The notes below the pieces were generated by a model. The model saw nothing but the letters and a program-made list of their open reading frames with translations, searched no databases and was not told where the DNA came from. 64,000 bases of DNA from Halobacteriovoraceae bacterium (lineage in GTDB: Bacteria; Bdellovibrionota; Bacteriovoracia; Bacteriovoracales; Bacteriovoracaceae), in contig CAVRCF010000005.1 in NCBI GenBank assembly GCA_963719505.1, positions 1 to 64,000 of the forward strand. The letters run 5' to 3'. The position numbers and the translations under genes were made by a program. This document shows positions 40,330 to 51,290 of the stretch, piece after piece; the first letter of the stretch is position 1; each line of letters opens with the position of its first letter.

Positions 40330-42448
40330 ATGATTAATAACAAAAAAGAGTTTACGTTTCAATTACGGTGAAAAAGAAGTAACACTCGAAACTGGTCGTT
40401 TGGCAAAACAAGCAGATGGTGCAGTTCTTGTAACATCTGGAGAAACTCAAGTTTTAGTAACTGTTGTTTCAGCTCACGAAGTAAAAGATGGACAAGATTT
40501 TTTTCCATTAATGGTTGATTACAAAGAAAAATTCTCAGCTGCAGGTAAGTTCTTAGGTGGATTTATGAAAAGAGAAGGGAGACCTTCAAATGCAGAAATT
40601 CTTTTAATGAGAATGACTGACCGTCCATTAAGACCACTTTTCCCATCGGGATATATGGCCGAAACAATTGTTATGGCACAGGTTTTATCTTTTGACGGAG
40701 AAACTGATCCTGAAGTTCTTGCTGGACTTGGAACAGCTGCTGCTCTTGCGATTTCAGATATTCCTTTTGCAGGACCAATTGGATTTTGTAAAGTTGGAAA
40801 GGTTGATGGAAAGCTTGTTCTTAACCCATCAATTGAAGCTTGGGAAAATTCAACAATTGAATTAGTTCTAGCTGCAAGTAAAGATGCAATTTTAATGGTT
40901 GAAGGTGAGGCTGACGAAGTTTCTGAAGAGAAATGATGGAAGCGTTAATGTTTGGTCAAAAAGAAATCGGAAAATTCTGTGAAGTCATCGATACTATGGT
41001 CGCAGAGTGTGGGAAGCCGAAAAGAGAATTCGTAAGCTCTGATGCGAACTCAACTCTTACAGCTAAGATGAATGACTATACTTCTAAGGCCAGAGAAAGT
41101 TTAGCTATCAACAATAAACAATTGAGATCAAAAGCAATCTCTGCACTGACCAAAGAAGTTACAGCGGATATTAAAGCGAACCCAGAAGCATTTGGATTAA
41201 CATCTGATGACTCTGCTGGAAAATCAGCCTACCAAGGTGTTGATGATCTTCTTTACACAATGATGAGAAAAGATATTCTTGACGATGGAAAAAGAATTGC
41301 TGGTCGTGCATTAACTGAAGTTCGTGAAATCGAAACTGAAGTTGCAGTCTTAAAAAGACCACATGGTTCATCTCTATTTACAAGAGGGGAAACTCAAGTT
41401 CTTGCTACGGCAACTCTTGGTGGAAAAGAAGGCGAGCAAATGGCTGACTCTATCCATGGTGTAAGCTTTCAAAAATTCTACCTTCACTATACTTTCGCTC
41501 CTTACTCAGTAGGTGAAGCAAGAGGTTATAGAGGAGTTGGTCGTCGTGAAGTTGGTCACGGTAACCTTGCAGAAAGAGCCCTTAAGAAAATGCTTCCAAA
41601 AGACTTTCCATATACAGTTAGACTTACTTGTGAAGTCACTGAATCAAATGGTTCAAGTTCTATGGGTTCTGTTTGTTCAGGTTCAATGGCATTAATGGAT
41701 GCTGGTGTTCCGATGATTAAGCCAGTTGCAGGTGATTGCAATGGGACTTATTAAAGAAGGCGAAAAATTCACAATTCTTACAGATATTTTAGGGGACGAA
41801 GATCATTTAGGTGATATGGACTTTAAAGTGGCTGGTACAACTGAAGGTATCACAGCGATTCAAATGGATATTAAGATCACTGGTATTACAGAAGAGATCT
41901 TCACTAAAGCAATGACTCAAGCAAAAGAAGCTAGACTTCATATTCTTGGTGAGATGGCGAAAACAATTTCTGCTCCTAAGCCAAGCTACAAAAATGGTGT
42001 TCCAACAATTAAGACTGTTCAAATTGCAACAGATAAAATTGGTGCACTTATTGGACCTGGTGGAAAAAATATCAAAGCTCTTCAAGAAGACTTTGATGTT
42101 AATATCGAAATCGATGAAGACGGAACAGTTAAGGTTCTTGGTGTTGATGCTGAAAAACTTTCAGATTGTGTTATGTCGATTGATATGCAAATTAACGGTC
42201 CAAAAATTGGAACTGAGTACGATGCTAAAGTCGTAACAATCAAAGAGTACGGTGCATTCGTTGATATCGCTAAAGGTGTCTCAGGTCTAGTTCACGTAAG
42301 TGAAATGGCAGATGAAAGAGTAAAAGATCCAAATGACTATGTTTCTGAAGGTGATACGATTAAAGTAAAAGTTTTAGAAGTTGATCGATTTGGAAAAGTT
42401 AAGCTTTCGGCTAAAGCATGTGCTCCATTAAAAAATAAAAAAGCATAA
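40330..42448 (+). CDS. pnp: Polyribonucleotide nucleotidyltransferase, 3 frameshifts (probably artefact)
   Basis: ETGRLAKQA, FTRGETQ, RREVGHG, SNGSSSM, DHLGDMDFKVAG, KH and S1 domains; manual repair gives 705 aa. Confidence 0.95.
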
Positions 42449-42461
42449 GCATTAGTACTTA

Positions 42462-43721
42462 GTGATTTATTTAGAATCAACCAATAGTATTACAAGTTTT
42501 GAGAAGGGACCTATTCGTAGGTCTCTTTTTAGTAATGGCGCGGTCTCTTTGTTTCATAAAATGAAAGGAAGAAAAGTTGCCGTGGTTAATTTGTATTTCT
42601 TGGCGGGCTCTATTTTTGAAAAAGAAAAAGAATACGGAATTGCACATGTTCTCGAACATATGCTTTTTAAAGAAAGTGCCAGCTCAAATATTGTTAGAGA
42701 GCTGGAGTTTCTTGGCGCTGAAATCAATGCTTACACCTCTAAAGAATTCATCTGTTTTGAACTCAGTTGTATATCCTCAAAGCTTCATCTTTTTTTAGAA
42801 AAATTTCTTATCCTCTTTTTAAATCCCAGCTTCAATCTCAAAGAACTAACTCTTGAGAAAAAGGTTATTGTTCAAGAGTTAAAAGAAGATAAAGATGATC
42901 ATGAAACTGAAGCCATTGAATATATGTATGCTAAAAATTTTAAAGATGATCTTGGGCATTCCGTTGGAGGTTCGATAAAAAATGTTAAGAAATTTAAAAA
43001 AGAAGATGTTCTCTCTTTTTATAATAGATTTTTTACATCTAATCGAATGGTGCTGTCTGTAGTCTCTGGAAAAGATTTTGATTCGTTAGAAGAAATTTGC
43101 GCTAAGACATTTAAGGCTTCAAGAAAGAAAAAACATTTTAGACTCGGTCAAAGCAATCGTTTTGGAAAGCTCACTCATTTTAAATCAAAACTTAAAAGAT
43201 CAATGGAAAATACTATTCTTATGCTTTCATTTGATGGCGTTAGTTTAGAGTCTCGTTACTATTACGATTTGATGGTTTTAGATGAGCTTCTTTTTGAAGG
43301 ACTTTCATCAAAGTTTTTTGAATTACTAAGAGAGAAACTCGGTCTTATCTATTCTCTAGGCTCCTCTATTAATAGTTATGTAAAAACGGGAAGCTATGTC
43401 ATGGTTTTTAATACCAGTAAGAGCAATGTTTCGGAATTAAAACTTTCAGTTTTAGCTTTGCTTGATCATTACTGTGACAACCTTTTTGATGATGTTGAGA
43501 TCAACGGAATAAAAAGTCGAATTAAAGAGGGATGGGAGATTTCATTTGATGACCCCGTTGGAAGATGTGAGTACATGGCCTTAGAGGAATTGTATGGGAC
43601 CCACAATTATTCCATCAAATCTATGATTGAAAAATTACAACAAGTTGATGCTAAATCAATAAATAAACTTCTAAAAAGATTAATCAAAAATGGGCACAGC
43701 GAACTTATTGTTGGTCCCTAA
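42462..43721 (+). CDS. M16-family zinc peptidase
   Basis: HVLEH inverted zinc motif, NAYTS, LREKLGLIY. Confidence 0.92.
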   Translation: MIYLESTNSITSFEKGPIRRSLFSNGAVSLFHKMKGRKVAVVNLYFLAGSIFEKEKEYGIAHVLEHMLFKESASSNIVRELEFLGAEINAYTSKEFICFELSCISSKLHLFLEKFLILFLNPSFNLKELTLEKKVIVQELKEDKDDHETEAIEYMYAKNFKDDLGHSVGGSIKNVKKFKKEDVLSFYNRFFTSNRMVLSVVSGKDFDSLEEICAKTFKASRKKKHFRLGQSNRFGKLTHFKSKLKRSMENTILMLSFDGVSLESRYYYDLMVLDELLFEGLSSKFFELLREKLGLIYSLGSSINSYVKTGSYVMVFNTSKSNVSELKLSVLALLDHYCDNLFDDVEINGIKSRIKEGWEISFDDPVGRCEYMALEELYGTHNYSIKSMIEKLQQVDAKSINKLLKRLIKNGHSELIVGP

Positions 43722-43732
43722 AAAAGGATAAT

Positions 43733-44188
43733 ATGAGTACCTTAAAAATTAAATTATTAGAAAACTTTGATAAAGAGTTAGCGCTACCAAAATATGAGAC
43801 GGCACAGGCCGCTGGGGCTGACCTGCGAGCCTGTCTAGTGGATGAGGAGCCTTATGTGATAAGACCTGGTCAAAGAGTTTTGATACCCACAGGTTTAGCT
43901 TTCGAAATAGAGCCTGGATATGAAGTTCAAATTAGACCTCGCTCTGGCCTCTCTTTAAAGACGGGATTATTGGTTGTGAATTCACCTGGAACTATTGATG
44001 CTGATTATAGAGGTGAGGTTAATATTATTTTAGGGAATATGGGACAGCTTGATGAGGTGATAAATCACGGCGATAGAATTGCTCAGATGGTCCTCATGCC
44101 TATTACTCAGGCCAATTTTGAAATTGTGGATAGACTTACAAACACAGATAGAGGTGCTGGTGGATTTGGTTCTACTGGTCGCTCATAA
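43733..44188 (+). CDS. dut: dUTP diphosphatase
   Basis: AGADL, RPRSGL, GTIDADYRGE, RGAGGFGSTG. Confidence 0.98.
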   Translation: MSTLKIKLLENFDKELALPKYETAQAAGADLRACLVDEEPYVIRPGQRVLIPTGLAFEIEPGYEVQIRPRSGLSLKTGLLVVNSPGTIDADYRGEVNIILGNMGQLDEVINHGDRIAQMVLMPITQANFEIVDRLTNTDRGAGGFGSTGRS

Positions 44189-44213
44189 ATAATATATATT
44201 TAAAGGAGATAGG

Positions 44214-44498
44214 ATGAGTATAGAAGTCAAATACGACAAGTGTAGTAACGCACAAGAGGCGTGGACAGCTGTTAAGGGGCATATAACACCTGAGCTGATT
44301 GAAAAGTTTAAAGTAAAAGCACAAATCGACTATGTTGAAGCCAAAAAACAAATAAATGCCAAAGGTAAAGGGTTTGAATTAAATATCGACCTTCTTGACG
44401 ATAGAGCGAAAGCTGAGATAAAGCTCTCTCTATTACTAAAACCACTTAAAGGTAAGGTTCTGGAAGGGATCGAAAAACAGCTCAAAAGAGTGGTCTAA
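44214..44498 (+). CDS. Small protein resembling the polyhydroxyalkanoic-acid-system family
   Basis: 94 aa, C-terminal LSLLLKPLKGKVLEGIEKQL pattern. Confidence 0.55.
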   Translation: MSIEVKYDKCSNAQEAWTAVKGHITPELIEKFKVKAQIDYVEAKKQINAKGKGFELNIDLLDDRAKAEIKLSLLLKPLKGKVLEGIEKQLKRVV

Positions 44499-44513
44499 AA
44501 GGACAATTTTAAC

Positions 44514-44972
44514 ATGCATAATATTACTGTTTGGCCAAGTGGCGCTGTTATTGCGATGAATGAGAAAGATTCCGTTTTTCAACAACTAAAAGAAGCGGGT
44601 ATTGCTGTGAAGTCTACCTGTGGAGGATGTGCAAGTTGTGGCCAGTGCACAGTCGTTATAAAAACCGGTGAAGAGAATCTCAACGAGCCAAGCTTTGAAG
44701 AGAAACAACTTATTGGAAATGTTTTTCATATCACTAAAGAGAGACTCTCGTGCCAAACTTTCGTCTCTGGTGCTGTCACGGTTGATGTCTCTGCCCACAA
44801 AGACGAGCCCAAAATAACCAAGACAAAAGCGGTGAGACGAACTCGAGAGGAAGCGGATAAAGTCTTAGCTGATAGACGCGAAGCTGGAGTTGAAAAAAGA
44901 AAAACAAAAGTTCACAAACTTGGCGGTGGTAAGAAACCTAAGCCTTTTAATTTTTCAAATGACGAAGACTAA
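44514..44972 (+). CDS. 2Fe-2S ferredoxin with basic C-terminal tail
   Basis: CGGCASCGQC and RLSCQ. Confidence 0.9.
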   Translation: MHNITVWPSGAVIAMNEKDSVFQQLKEAGIAVKSTCGGCASCGQCTVVIKTGEENLNEPSFEEKQLIGNVFHITKERLSCQTFVSGAVTVDVSAHKDEPKITKTKAVRRTREEADKVLADRREAGVEKRKTKVHKLGGGKKPKPFNFSNDED

Positions 44973-44992
44973 AATAAAAACTAAAAATAAAG

Positions 44993-46381
44993 GTGGAAAG
45001 TAAAATGGAAATGGCCCCAGTAAATAATAAATATCCAAGCGGAATAAAATATATCGTATGGAACGAAGCTGCTGAGAGATATAGTTACTATGGGATGAGA
45101 TCCATTCTTGTCATCTTTTTAACTCAATACTTGATGATAAAAGATAATGTGGCCATTGCCGATTATCATTTATTTGCAGGACTCTGCTACCTCTTTCCTG
45201 TTGTTGGGGGCTATCTGTCAGATAGATTCCTTGGGAAGTATAAAACAATTCTTTGGCTTTCAATTGTCTACTGTATCGGCCACCTATTTCTAGCGGTATT
45301 CGAACACAGTTATAATGGTTTCTACATCGGTCTTATGCTTATTGCAGTTGGTTCAGGTGGAATTAAACCGTGTGTCTCTGCCCATGTTGGTGATCAGTTT
45401 AAGCCTGATCAAAAGCACCTGTTGAGAAAAGTTTTCGACCTTTTCTATTTTATGATCAATTTTGGATCTTTCTTTTCAACAATGATTACTCCTTGGACGC
45501 TTGAGCACTACGGACCAGCTTTGGCTTTTGGTATCCCTGGTGTTCTGATGGCCGTAGCGACTTTTATTTTTTGGCTTGGAAGAAATGAATTTGTTCATAT
45601 TCCACCATCTGGTAAACAAGCCCATGGTACTGGTGCTGTTTTAATAAGTGCTGTAAAAAACTTTGGTGCTAGAGGAGACGAAGGTCTTCTTGGTGGCGCT
45701 TTAAAAGATCATCCCGTTGAGGCCGTCAATGATGTGAGAGCCGCTATGGGTGTTATCAAAATCTTCGCAGGTATATCAGTTTTTTGGGCGCTTTTTGATC
45801 AACATGGCTCAAGTTGGGTTCTTCAGGCCAAAGAGATGAATCTTAATGTTGATGTTTTAGGTTGGCAAGGAACTCTTCTTCCATCTCAAATTCCAGCTTT
45901 AAATCCGATCATGGTTATGATTCTTATTCCATTATTTTCTTTTGTTGTTTACCCAGGTATTCATAAAGTTTTTGGCTACGAGATGACTCCACTTCGAAAA
46001 ATGGGTTGGGGGATGTTTGTTGCAGCTTCGAGTTTTGTTTTTGTCGCTGTCTACCAATCATTTTTAGATGATGGCCAAAAGATTTCCGTTTTATGGCAAG
46101 TGATTCCCTTTTTAATTATTACAATGGCCGAAGTTATGGTCTCTATTACAGGTCTTGAATTTGCTTATACGCAGGCGCCAAGAAGTATGAAGTCCACCAT
46201 TATGAGTATGTTTCTTCTGACTGTCTTTTTTGGAAATATGATCACGGCCTATATCTCACAGATAAATGTTTTTGATGGTCCGGCATTTTTTATGTTCTTT
46301 GCCATTTTGATGGCCGCTTTTGGATTTTTCTTCGCCTATATGGCAAAAAATTACGAGATGAAAGACTATATGGAAAGCTAA
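44993..46381 (+). CDS. POT/PTR-family peptide:H+ symporter
   Basis: EAAERYSYYG, GGIKPCVS, FYFMINFGS, GLEFAYTQAP. Confidence 0.95.
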   Translation: MESKMEMAPVNNKYPSGIKYIVWNEAAERYSYYGMRSILVIFLTQYLMIKDNVAIADYHLFAGLCYLFPVVGGYLSDRFLGKYKTILWLSIVYCIGHLFLAVFEHSYNGFYIGLMLIAVGSGGIKPCVSAHVGDQFKPDQKHLLRKVFDLFYFMINFGSFFSTMITPWTLEHYGPALAFGIPGVLMAVATFIFWLGRNEFVHIPPSGKQAHGTGAVLISAVKNFGARGDEGLLGGALKDHPVEAVNDVRAAMGVIKIFAGISVFWALFDQHGSSWVLQAKEMNLNVDVLGWQGTLLPSQIPALNPIMVMILIPLFSFVVYPGIHKVFGYEMTPLRKMGWGMFVAASSFVFVAVYQSFLDDGQKISVLWQVIPFLIITMAEVMVSITGLEFAYTQAPRSMKSTIMSMFLLTVFFGNMITAYISQINVFDGPAFFMFFAILMAAFGFFFAYMAKNYEMKDYMES

Positions 46382-46543
46382 ATACCTACCTTTTGAAATT
46401 GGGTCTATAGTTTATAGGCCCAAAATACCTTATTTTATTGGCATCCTCATAAACCATCTTCCACCAAACAATCGTCTTTTCAGGCACTTATATTAATAAA
46501 TGGATCTTAATCCATACTTACCTTGTTAAGTATTAAAATAAAT

Positions 46544-46570
46544 TAAAATCTTTTACTCAGATGTCGATAG
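46544..46570 (+). promoter_or_regulatory. Sigma-28-like promoter
   Basis: TAAA-N15-GTCGATAG. Confidence 0.55.
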
Positions 46571-46601
46571 GTAGATGGGATTTAATTTAAGGTTGGAATT
46601 T

Positions 46602-48512
46602 ATGAGAAGACAAAAATTACATTTACTACTTTTATCACTGATGGTTATCTCAGTTAGTTCCTGTACAGAGGAAATTTCAGAGAAGCTCAAAGCAGCTGCG
46701 GCAGATGAAGCCAGCTCTGGTTCGAGTACAAACTTTACAGGTGAAGTTTTTAAGGTTACCTCCACCAACGGTGAAGGATTTTCTCATTTCTTACACCTTG
46801 AAGGTGACTCAAAAAAACCTTGTGAAATTAAAGCGCCAGCGACGGGCTGGAAAGCAGAAGATTATTCTAAAAACTCAGCTTTCGCTATTGATTGTGTTCT
46901 CGACGTAGAGGAGTTAGATCTCTATAGAAATGGAGCAGAATTACAATTTGATGCTGGAGCAGGTCTTTGTGAATACGTTAGCTACACTCCTTTAAGGTTT
47001 GCTCAATTTCAGCCGGGAAGCTCTACAAAAACTCAATACACAGTTGGGTGTGATAGTGTTTGCGGCGAAATCAATAGTGATTTTTGTGGAAACTTAGACA
47101 CTAAAACTTATAAATCATATACCGGTGCAACGACATATATTTCAAACTTGGGACTTAACGGGCTTGTGTCCGGTGAATTTTCGGTTGCACAAAAATGTAC
47201 ATTTGATTACTCGAATCCATTACCAGGAGTCGACGCAGGTCCAAACTGCGATAACGGAAGTATCAAAACCTATCCTCTAGAGATAAAAAGTTATGAGAAT
47301 ACTTGGTGTGATGGTGGAGATATAAATCTTCGAGGAAGGACTTCTGAGTCAGATTGTACTGAGGCTGGTGTTTGGACTGTTGGTGAATGTTCCGATACAA
47401 ATTTTCCTGATCAAACTTCTTGTGAGGCTGCTACAGAAACTTGGGATCCTAGTGCTACTGATTGTAGTGTTGCGGGAAGAGGTACTGAAGCTCTTTGTAC
47501 TGCATCTGGAGCTTGGAAGGCTTTCGATTGTCGACTCTCAGATAATAGAGCAGGTATCGTTCAAAAAGAAGAAATTGAAAATGAATGTGGCGGAGATACG
47601 AATTCATGTTTTGAAGGTCCGGGTACTGAATTTGGAGAAGAATTCACAGGACTAATTTGGAATAACGATTCAGTGAATGCTTTTTCTCAAGAAGTTTCAA
47701 TCAATGCTCCATTTGATCTTGGGAGACCATCAAATAGATATGCGGCAAGTTACTCAAGAGCTTGTGTGAATGATTCAGCAAAAGGTGCAGGTGTCTTCGC
47801 TTCAAACTCTGTTCCATTTCTAGGGCATAGAATGGAGGAGTTACCAACCTTTGATAGATATGATGCGGTAGCAGTTGATGAAGACAATAATGGAGTTGAT
47901 GACTACCTCGTTTATGGTGATCATCCATTTATGTCGGTTGTCTCTGATCGATCCAGACCACGTTATGCCACGAAACCATATTACTCTGTAAGCTGTCTGG
48001 ATCAGTCTCGAGATGTTAAAGTACAAATTAGAGTACACGTGCGAGAGTGGGATAGAGCTTTCTTAAAGACTTTTGATTTTATTAATAAAGTTTCAGATAT
48101 AGATCGTGCTTCAACGCTAGATCGTTATATCGATAATAATGAACTTCACGACGGGGATGAAGAGTGGAATGATAGAAGTGACTGGGATGATTTTTACGAT
48201 AGCTCTTCACTTTTCCCTACAAACGACTGTCGAACCCTTGATGCGACGAGAGTTCCTGGAGCTGGAAGTTGTATTGCACCATTTGCAGCAACTTATTTTA
48301 ATAAAAAAGACTGTCAAGATAATGTCCCTAGGTGTCCATTAAACTCAGCAATTACAAAGAGAATTGAATGTGGAACTTGTAACCTAGCTTTTCCAAATCC
48401 TTATGACTGTACCAGTAATGGAGGAATTTGGACTTTGGATGCTGGCTGGGTTAACAATCCTTGGCTAAGTGATGATGAGTCAAAAAGTAACTTTCCAAAC
48501 TACGCCAAATAA
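46602..48512 (+). CDS. Large cysteine-rich lipoprotein
   Basis: VSS-C lipobox, many Cys, repeated C-x5/6-W units. Confidence 0.8.
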   Translation: MRRQKLHLLLLSLMVISVSSCTEEISEKLKAAAADEASSGSSTNFTGEVFKVTSTNGEGFSHFLHLEGDSKKPCEIKAPATGWKAEDYSKNSAFAIDCVLDVEELDLYRNGAELQFDAGAGLCEYVSYTPLRFAQFQPGSSTKTQYTVGCDSVCGEINSDFCGNLDTKTYKSYTGATTYISNLGLNGLVSGEFSVAQKCTFDYSNPLPGVDAGPNCDNGSIKTYPLEIKSYENTWCDGGDINLRGRTSESDCTEAGVWTVGECSDTNFPDQTSCEAATETWDPSATDCSVAGRGTEALCTASGAWKAFDCRLSDNRAGIVQKEEIENECGGDTNSCFEGPGTEFGEEFTGLIWNNDSVNAFSQEVSINAPFDLGRPSNRYAASYSRACVNDSAKGAGVFASNSVPFLGHRMEELPTFDRYDAVAVDEDNNGVDDYLVYGDHPFMSVVSDRSRPRYATKPYYSVSCLDQSRDVKVQIRVHVREWDRAFLKTFDFINKVSDIDRASTLDRYIDNNELHDGDEEWNDRSDWDDFYDSSSLFPTNDCRTLDATRVPGAGSCIAPFAATYFNKKDCQDNVPRCPLNSAITKRIECGTCNLAFPNPYDCTSNGGIWTLDAGWVNNPWLSDDESKSNFPNYAK

Positions 48513-48566
48513 AAAGCCTTTAAATATTTTCCTCTGGTGTTAAACTAATACCAGGGGAAAATTCTA

Positions 48567-49400
48567 TTGAATAAAATATTAATCATACTTTTATTGTCAA
48601 CTTCTTTGCACGCTGCCCAGTGGGCGACGGTAACCGTTGAAAAAGCTATCGTCTATTCAGATACTGAGATGACTTCTCCTATTGGTTATATAAAAAAAGG
48701 AAAGAGAATTCGCGTTGGAAGTAAATCTAGACGTGGTGGAAGACTCTATCCAATGGTGATTAAAAAAAGAATAGCGTATATAAAAGTTGATAGCGTATCC
48801 ACGAGCAATAAATTGGTTGATCTCCAATCAGCTTCTGCCAGAATAAAAAAAGCCGAAGTTCAAACTGATGAAAAAAGAGTTGGGCTCTTCTACTCTGGTT
48901 ATGCCTCATTTATTGGTATCGATCAGGAGTCTTCCTTTTCAAACGATACCTACTCAGATGATGTCTTTTATTTTAACGGTTTTGGTCTTCGTGGCTACCT
49001 AAGTAAGCAAAACTCTAGAACCACTTGGAGAGTAAGTCTTGAAAGTAGCTCGACTTCAACCCTAAAAAATGAGCTTTATTTTTTGGGTCTCAGTGCTGAT
49101 TACGCTTTTGACCTGATCAAATTTGATAATTATGTTTTTAGAGGTTACGCAGGTTTGGAAGTTATTCCTTTTGCACAATACTCTTATGAGGACCTTTTTA
49201 CTGTTAATGGATACGGTGGGGGTGCTAGAGCGGGACTTGAGATGGAGGTAAAGTTTAAAAACAGCTTTGGTCTTCATGTTGATGGTGGTTATGGTTTTAA
49301 AAAGCTCTTTTTTAGTTTACCAGACTCAACAAATATCGATGAATTCAATCCAACTTTTAATGGCGTCGTGTTTTCGGCTTCTATCAGTTATGCCTACTAA
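48567..49400 (+). CDS. Putative outer-membrane protein (SH3-like N-terminus plus beta-barrel)
   Basis: Signal peptide (LHA), IGYIKKGKRI..AYI, amphipathic strands, terminal YAY. Confidence 0.6.
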   Translation: MNKILIILLLSTSLHAAQWATVTVEKAIVYSDTEMTSPIGYIKKGKRIRVGSKSRRGGRLYPMVIKKRIAYIKVDSVSTSNKLVDLQSASARIKKAEVQTDEKRVGLFYSGYASFIGIDQESSFSNDTYSDDVFYFNGFGLRGYLSKQNSRTTWRVSLESSSTSTLKNELYFLGLSADYAFDLIKFDNYVFRGYAGLEVIPFAQYSYEDLFTVNGYGGGARAGLEMEVKFKNSFGLHVDGGYGFKKLFFSLPDSTNIDEFNPTFNGVVFSASISYAY

Positions 49401-51019
49401 GCATAGATATAAATAATATCTAGTATTTCAATTCTTGGAACAATGAGTTTTCTGACAAATTTGATGGCCAGAGGTTTCATTTTCATCTCTTTTACAAAAA
49501 TCTCTTTAAGATTTTCATTTTTAATTGAGCCTTGTAAATCTGTATTTTCTCCAAAACCTAAAATTTTTGAAAGCCTTGCAAGAAATAAAATGCGATGGTC
49601 TTCGAGATAGGGAGGAAGTTTTCCTTTTAACGAGACAAACTCTTCGTAGACGTAGGACATATCTTTTGAAGAATCTTCGTACATGTACTGCCAGACATTA
49701 AAATAAAATTTTGCAATATAGACTTCTGGATATCCTTGAAGTTTTACAATGGCCATTTGTAGGCAGTGATAAGCTTTCTCGGTCAGACCTGAGTCCATGG
49801 CCGTCTGGGACTTAGCAATGAATTCAATTCCTTGCACATAAGAGGTCTCGTTGGGCTTTTTACCTGAGACTAATTTTTGAGTTGGATTTTTAATTATATT
49901 TTCAAAGTGAATGTATTCGTTTTTAAAAATTTTAGGACTCGGTCCCGGTATATAGAGGCTTGAAAAATCAAATGATGAGAAGGCAATGGCTTGAATAGAG
50001 CTTGGAGTAAGGGAGCTGAGCTTCCAACTTTTGGCATCTTTGACTTTCTTTATTTTTACTTGGGTAAGAGTCTTAAGAACTTCTAGCTTTAAATCTGGGG
50101 CATCGTAGTCAAACGATTTCATTCTATTGAAGACAAAGTCTTTTCTCATTAAACACTGATCTTTATTACCAAAGGGTTGGAGCTTTTGATCTTCAATTGA
50201 GGTTATAAGGGGGCGATTATTAAAATAGAGAAATTTATTTTCCTGCAAATTAAATTTTTCAGAGTAGACTTCGGATCCTCTAATATCAAAACTTGCCACC
50301 TCTCCGTTGGCGTCGCTGCAGTTGATTCCCCAATGGGCCATTGATGGATTTTGCTTGAGGTATTTTTTTACTTCACTGATATTGGTGCAATAGGAACTCA
50401 ACTGATACATAAGAGAAAAAATTGATTGTCCTGTGATATCGAAGTAGTCACCGTGTTTATAGTGAAGGGCCAGTGTTAATCCTCTTTCATTCATTGTCGA
50501 AAGCGAAGGAAAAGGCATTCCGACTGTGGAATATGAAAAAGATTGAAGCCTCTTTGAAAAATTATAATGAATAGCTCTTTCGTAATCCTCAAATGGACCG
50601 GCCAGTGAATAGTCGAGAACTCTTCCATGGATAGGAGCTTTATTTTTTCCATCCCAGACAAAAAGGGATGAGCAGCCAGGGATAATACTCAAAAGGTGAG
50701 GCATCCATTTATTAAATGAAGCCACCATCTCTGGCAATAAGAAGGTGAAAAGAACATCTGAGTATGGCTTTTCTAAACCCTCAGCATAAGCTCTAAGTTC
50801 TGGTTCAAGCTTTAAAGAGCCCTTTTTTATATAATTGGTTGAGACTTCCGTAATTTTTTTTATAAGTTTTGCCGTGTACTCACTTCGCATACAAAGCTTA
50901 GTGATTTGGTCTTGTATCAAAATATACCCCTGGGCATCCTTTTTACCTAATGAGTAAAAGTTCTCCTCTGGATTACCGAATAGCTTTATAAGCGGCAGCT
51001 CTTTATTTTGATCTGTCAT
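49397..51019 (-). CDS. C45-family Ntn hydrolase/acyltransferase with helical C-terminal extension
   Basis: ELRAYAEG, G|CSS nucleophile, HGRVLDY, MNERGL. Confidence 0.8.
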   Translation of the reverse strand: MTDQNKELPLIKLFGNPEENFYSLGKKDAQGYILIQDQITKLCMRSEYTAKLIKKITEVSTNYIKKGSLKLEPELRAYAEGLEKPYSDVLFTFLLPEMVASFNKWMPHLLSIIPGCSSLFVWDGKNKAPIHGRVLDYSLAGPFEDYERAIHYNFSKRLQSFSYSTVGMPFPSLSTMNERGLTLALHYKHGDYFDITGQSIFSLMYQLSSYCTNISEVKKYLKQNPSMAHWGINCSDANGEVASFDIRGSEVYSEKFNLQENKFLYFNNRPLITSIEDQKLQPFGNKDQCLMRKDFVFNRMKSFDYDAPDLKLEVLKTLTQVKIKKVKDAKSWKLSSLTPSSIQAIAFSSFDFSSLYIPGPSPKIFKNEYIHFENIIKNPTQKLVSGKKPNETSYVQGIEFIAKSQTAMDSGLTEKAYHCLQMAIVKLQGYPEVYIAKFYFNVWQYMYEDSSKDMSYVYEEFVSLKGKLPPYLEDHRILFLARLSKILGFGENTDLQGSIKNENLKEIFVKEMKMKPLAIKFVRKLIVPRIEILDIIYIYA

Positions 51020-51077
51020 GAATTGTATTTTATCTCATTTTGGCCAAATGAGATAGCTCAATAAGTAGGGAGAAGAA

Positions 51078-51290
51078 ATGCATGAATTTTTAGATGATCA
51101 ATTCTTTGTCTTTACTTGTTTGATTTTGTCAGTCTTTAGGGTCTATCTAGAGTTGATTAAATTTAACTTTAGATCCCTTCCGCTTTTTGCAAAACTTCCA
51201 GAACCAGTCGTTAGTAAATTTCATAAAACGGGACTATATTTATCAGTTGGTATGATTGTCTTATTCACACCTCAAGTGCTGTTCTATTAG
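51078..51290 (+). CDS. Small membrane protein
   Basis: 70 aa, two hydrophobic segments, GGAG RBS. Confidence 0.6.
   Translation: MHEFLDDQFFVFTCLILSVFRVYLELIKFNFRSLPLFAKLPEPVVSKFHKTGLYLSVGMIVLFTPQVLFY

Noticed and set aside
46399..46423. Hairpin after the POT transporter
   Set aside because: Stem is present but lacks a U-tract on the plus strand, so not called a terminator
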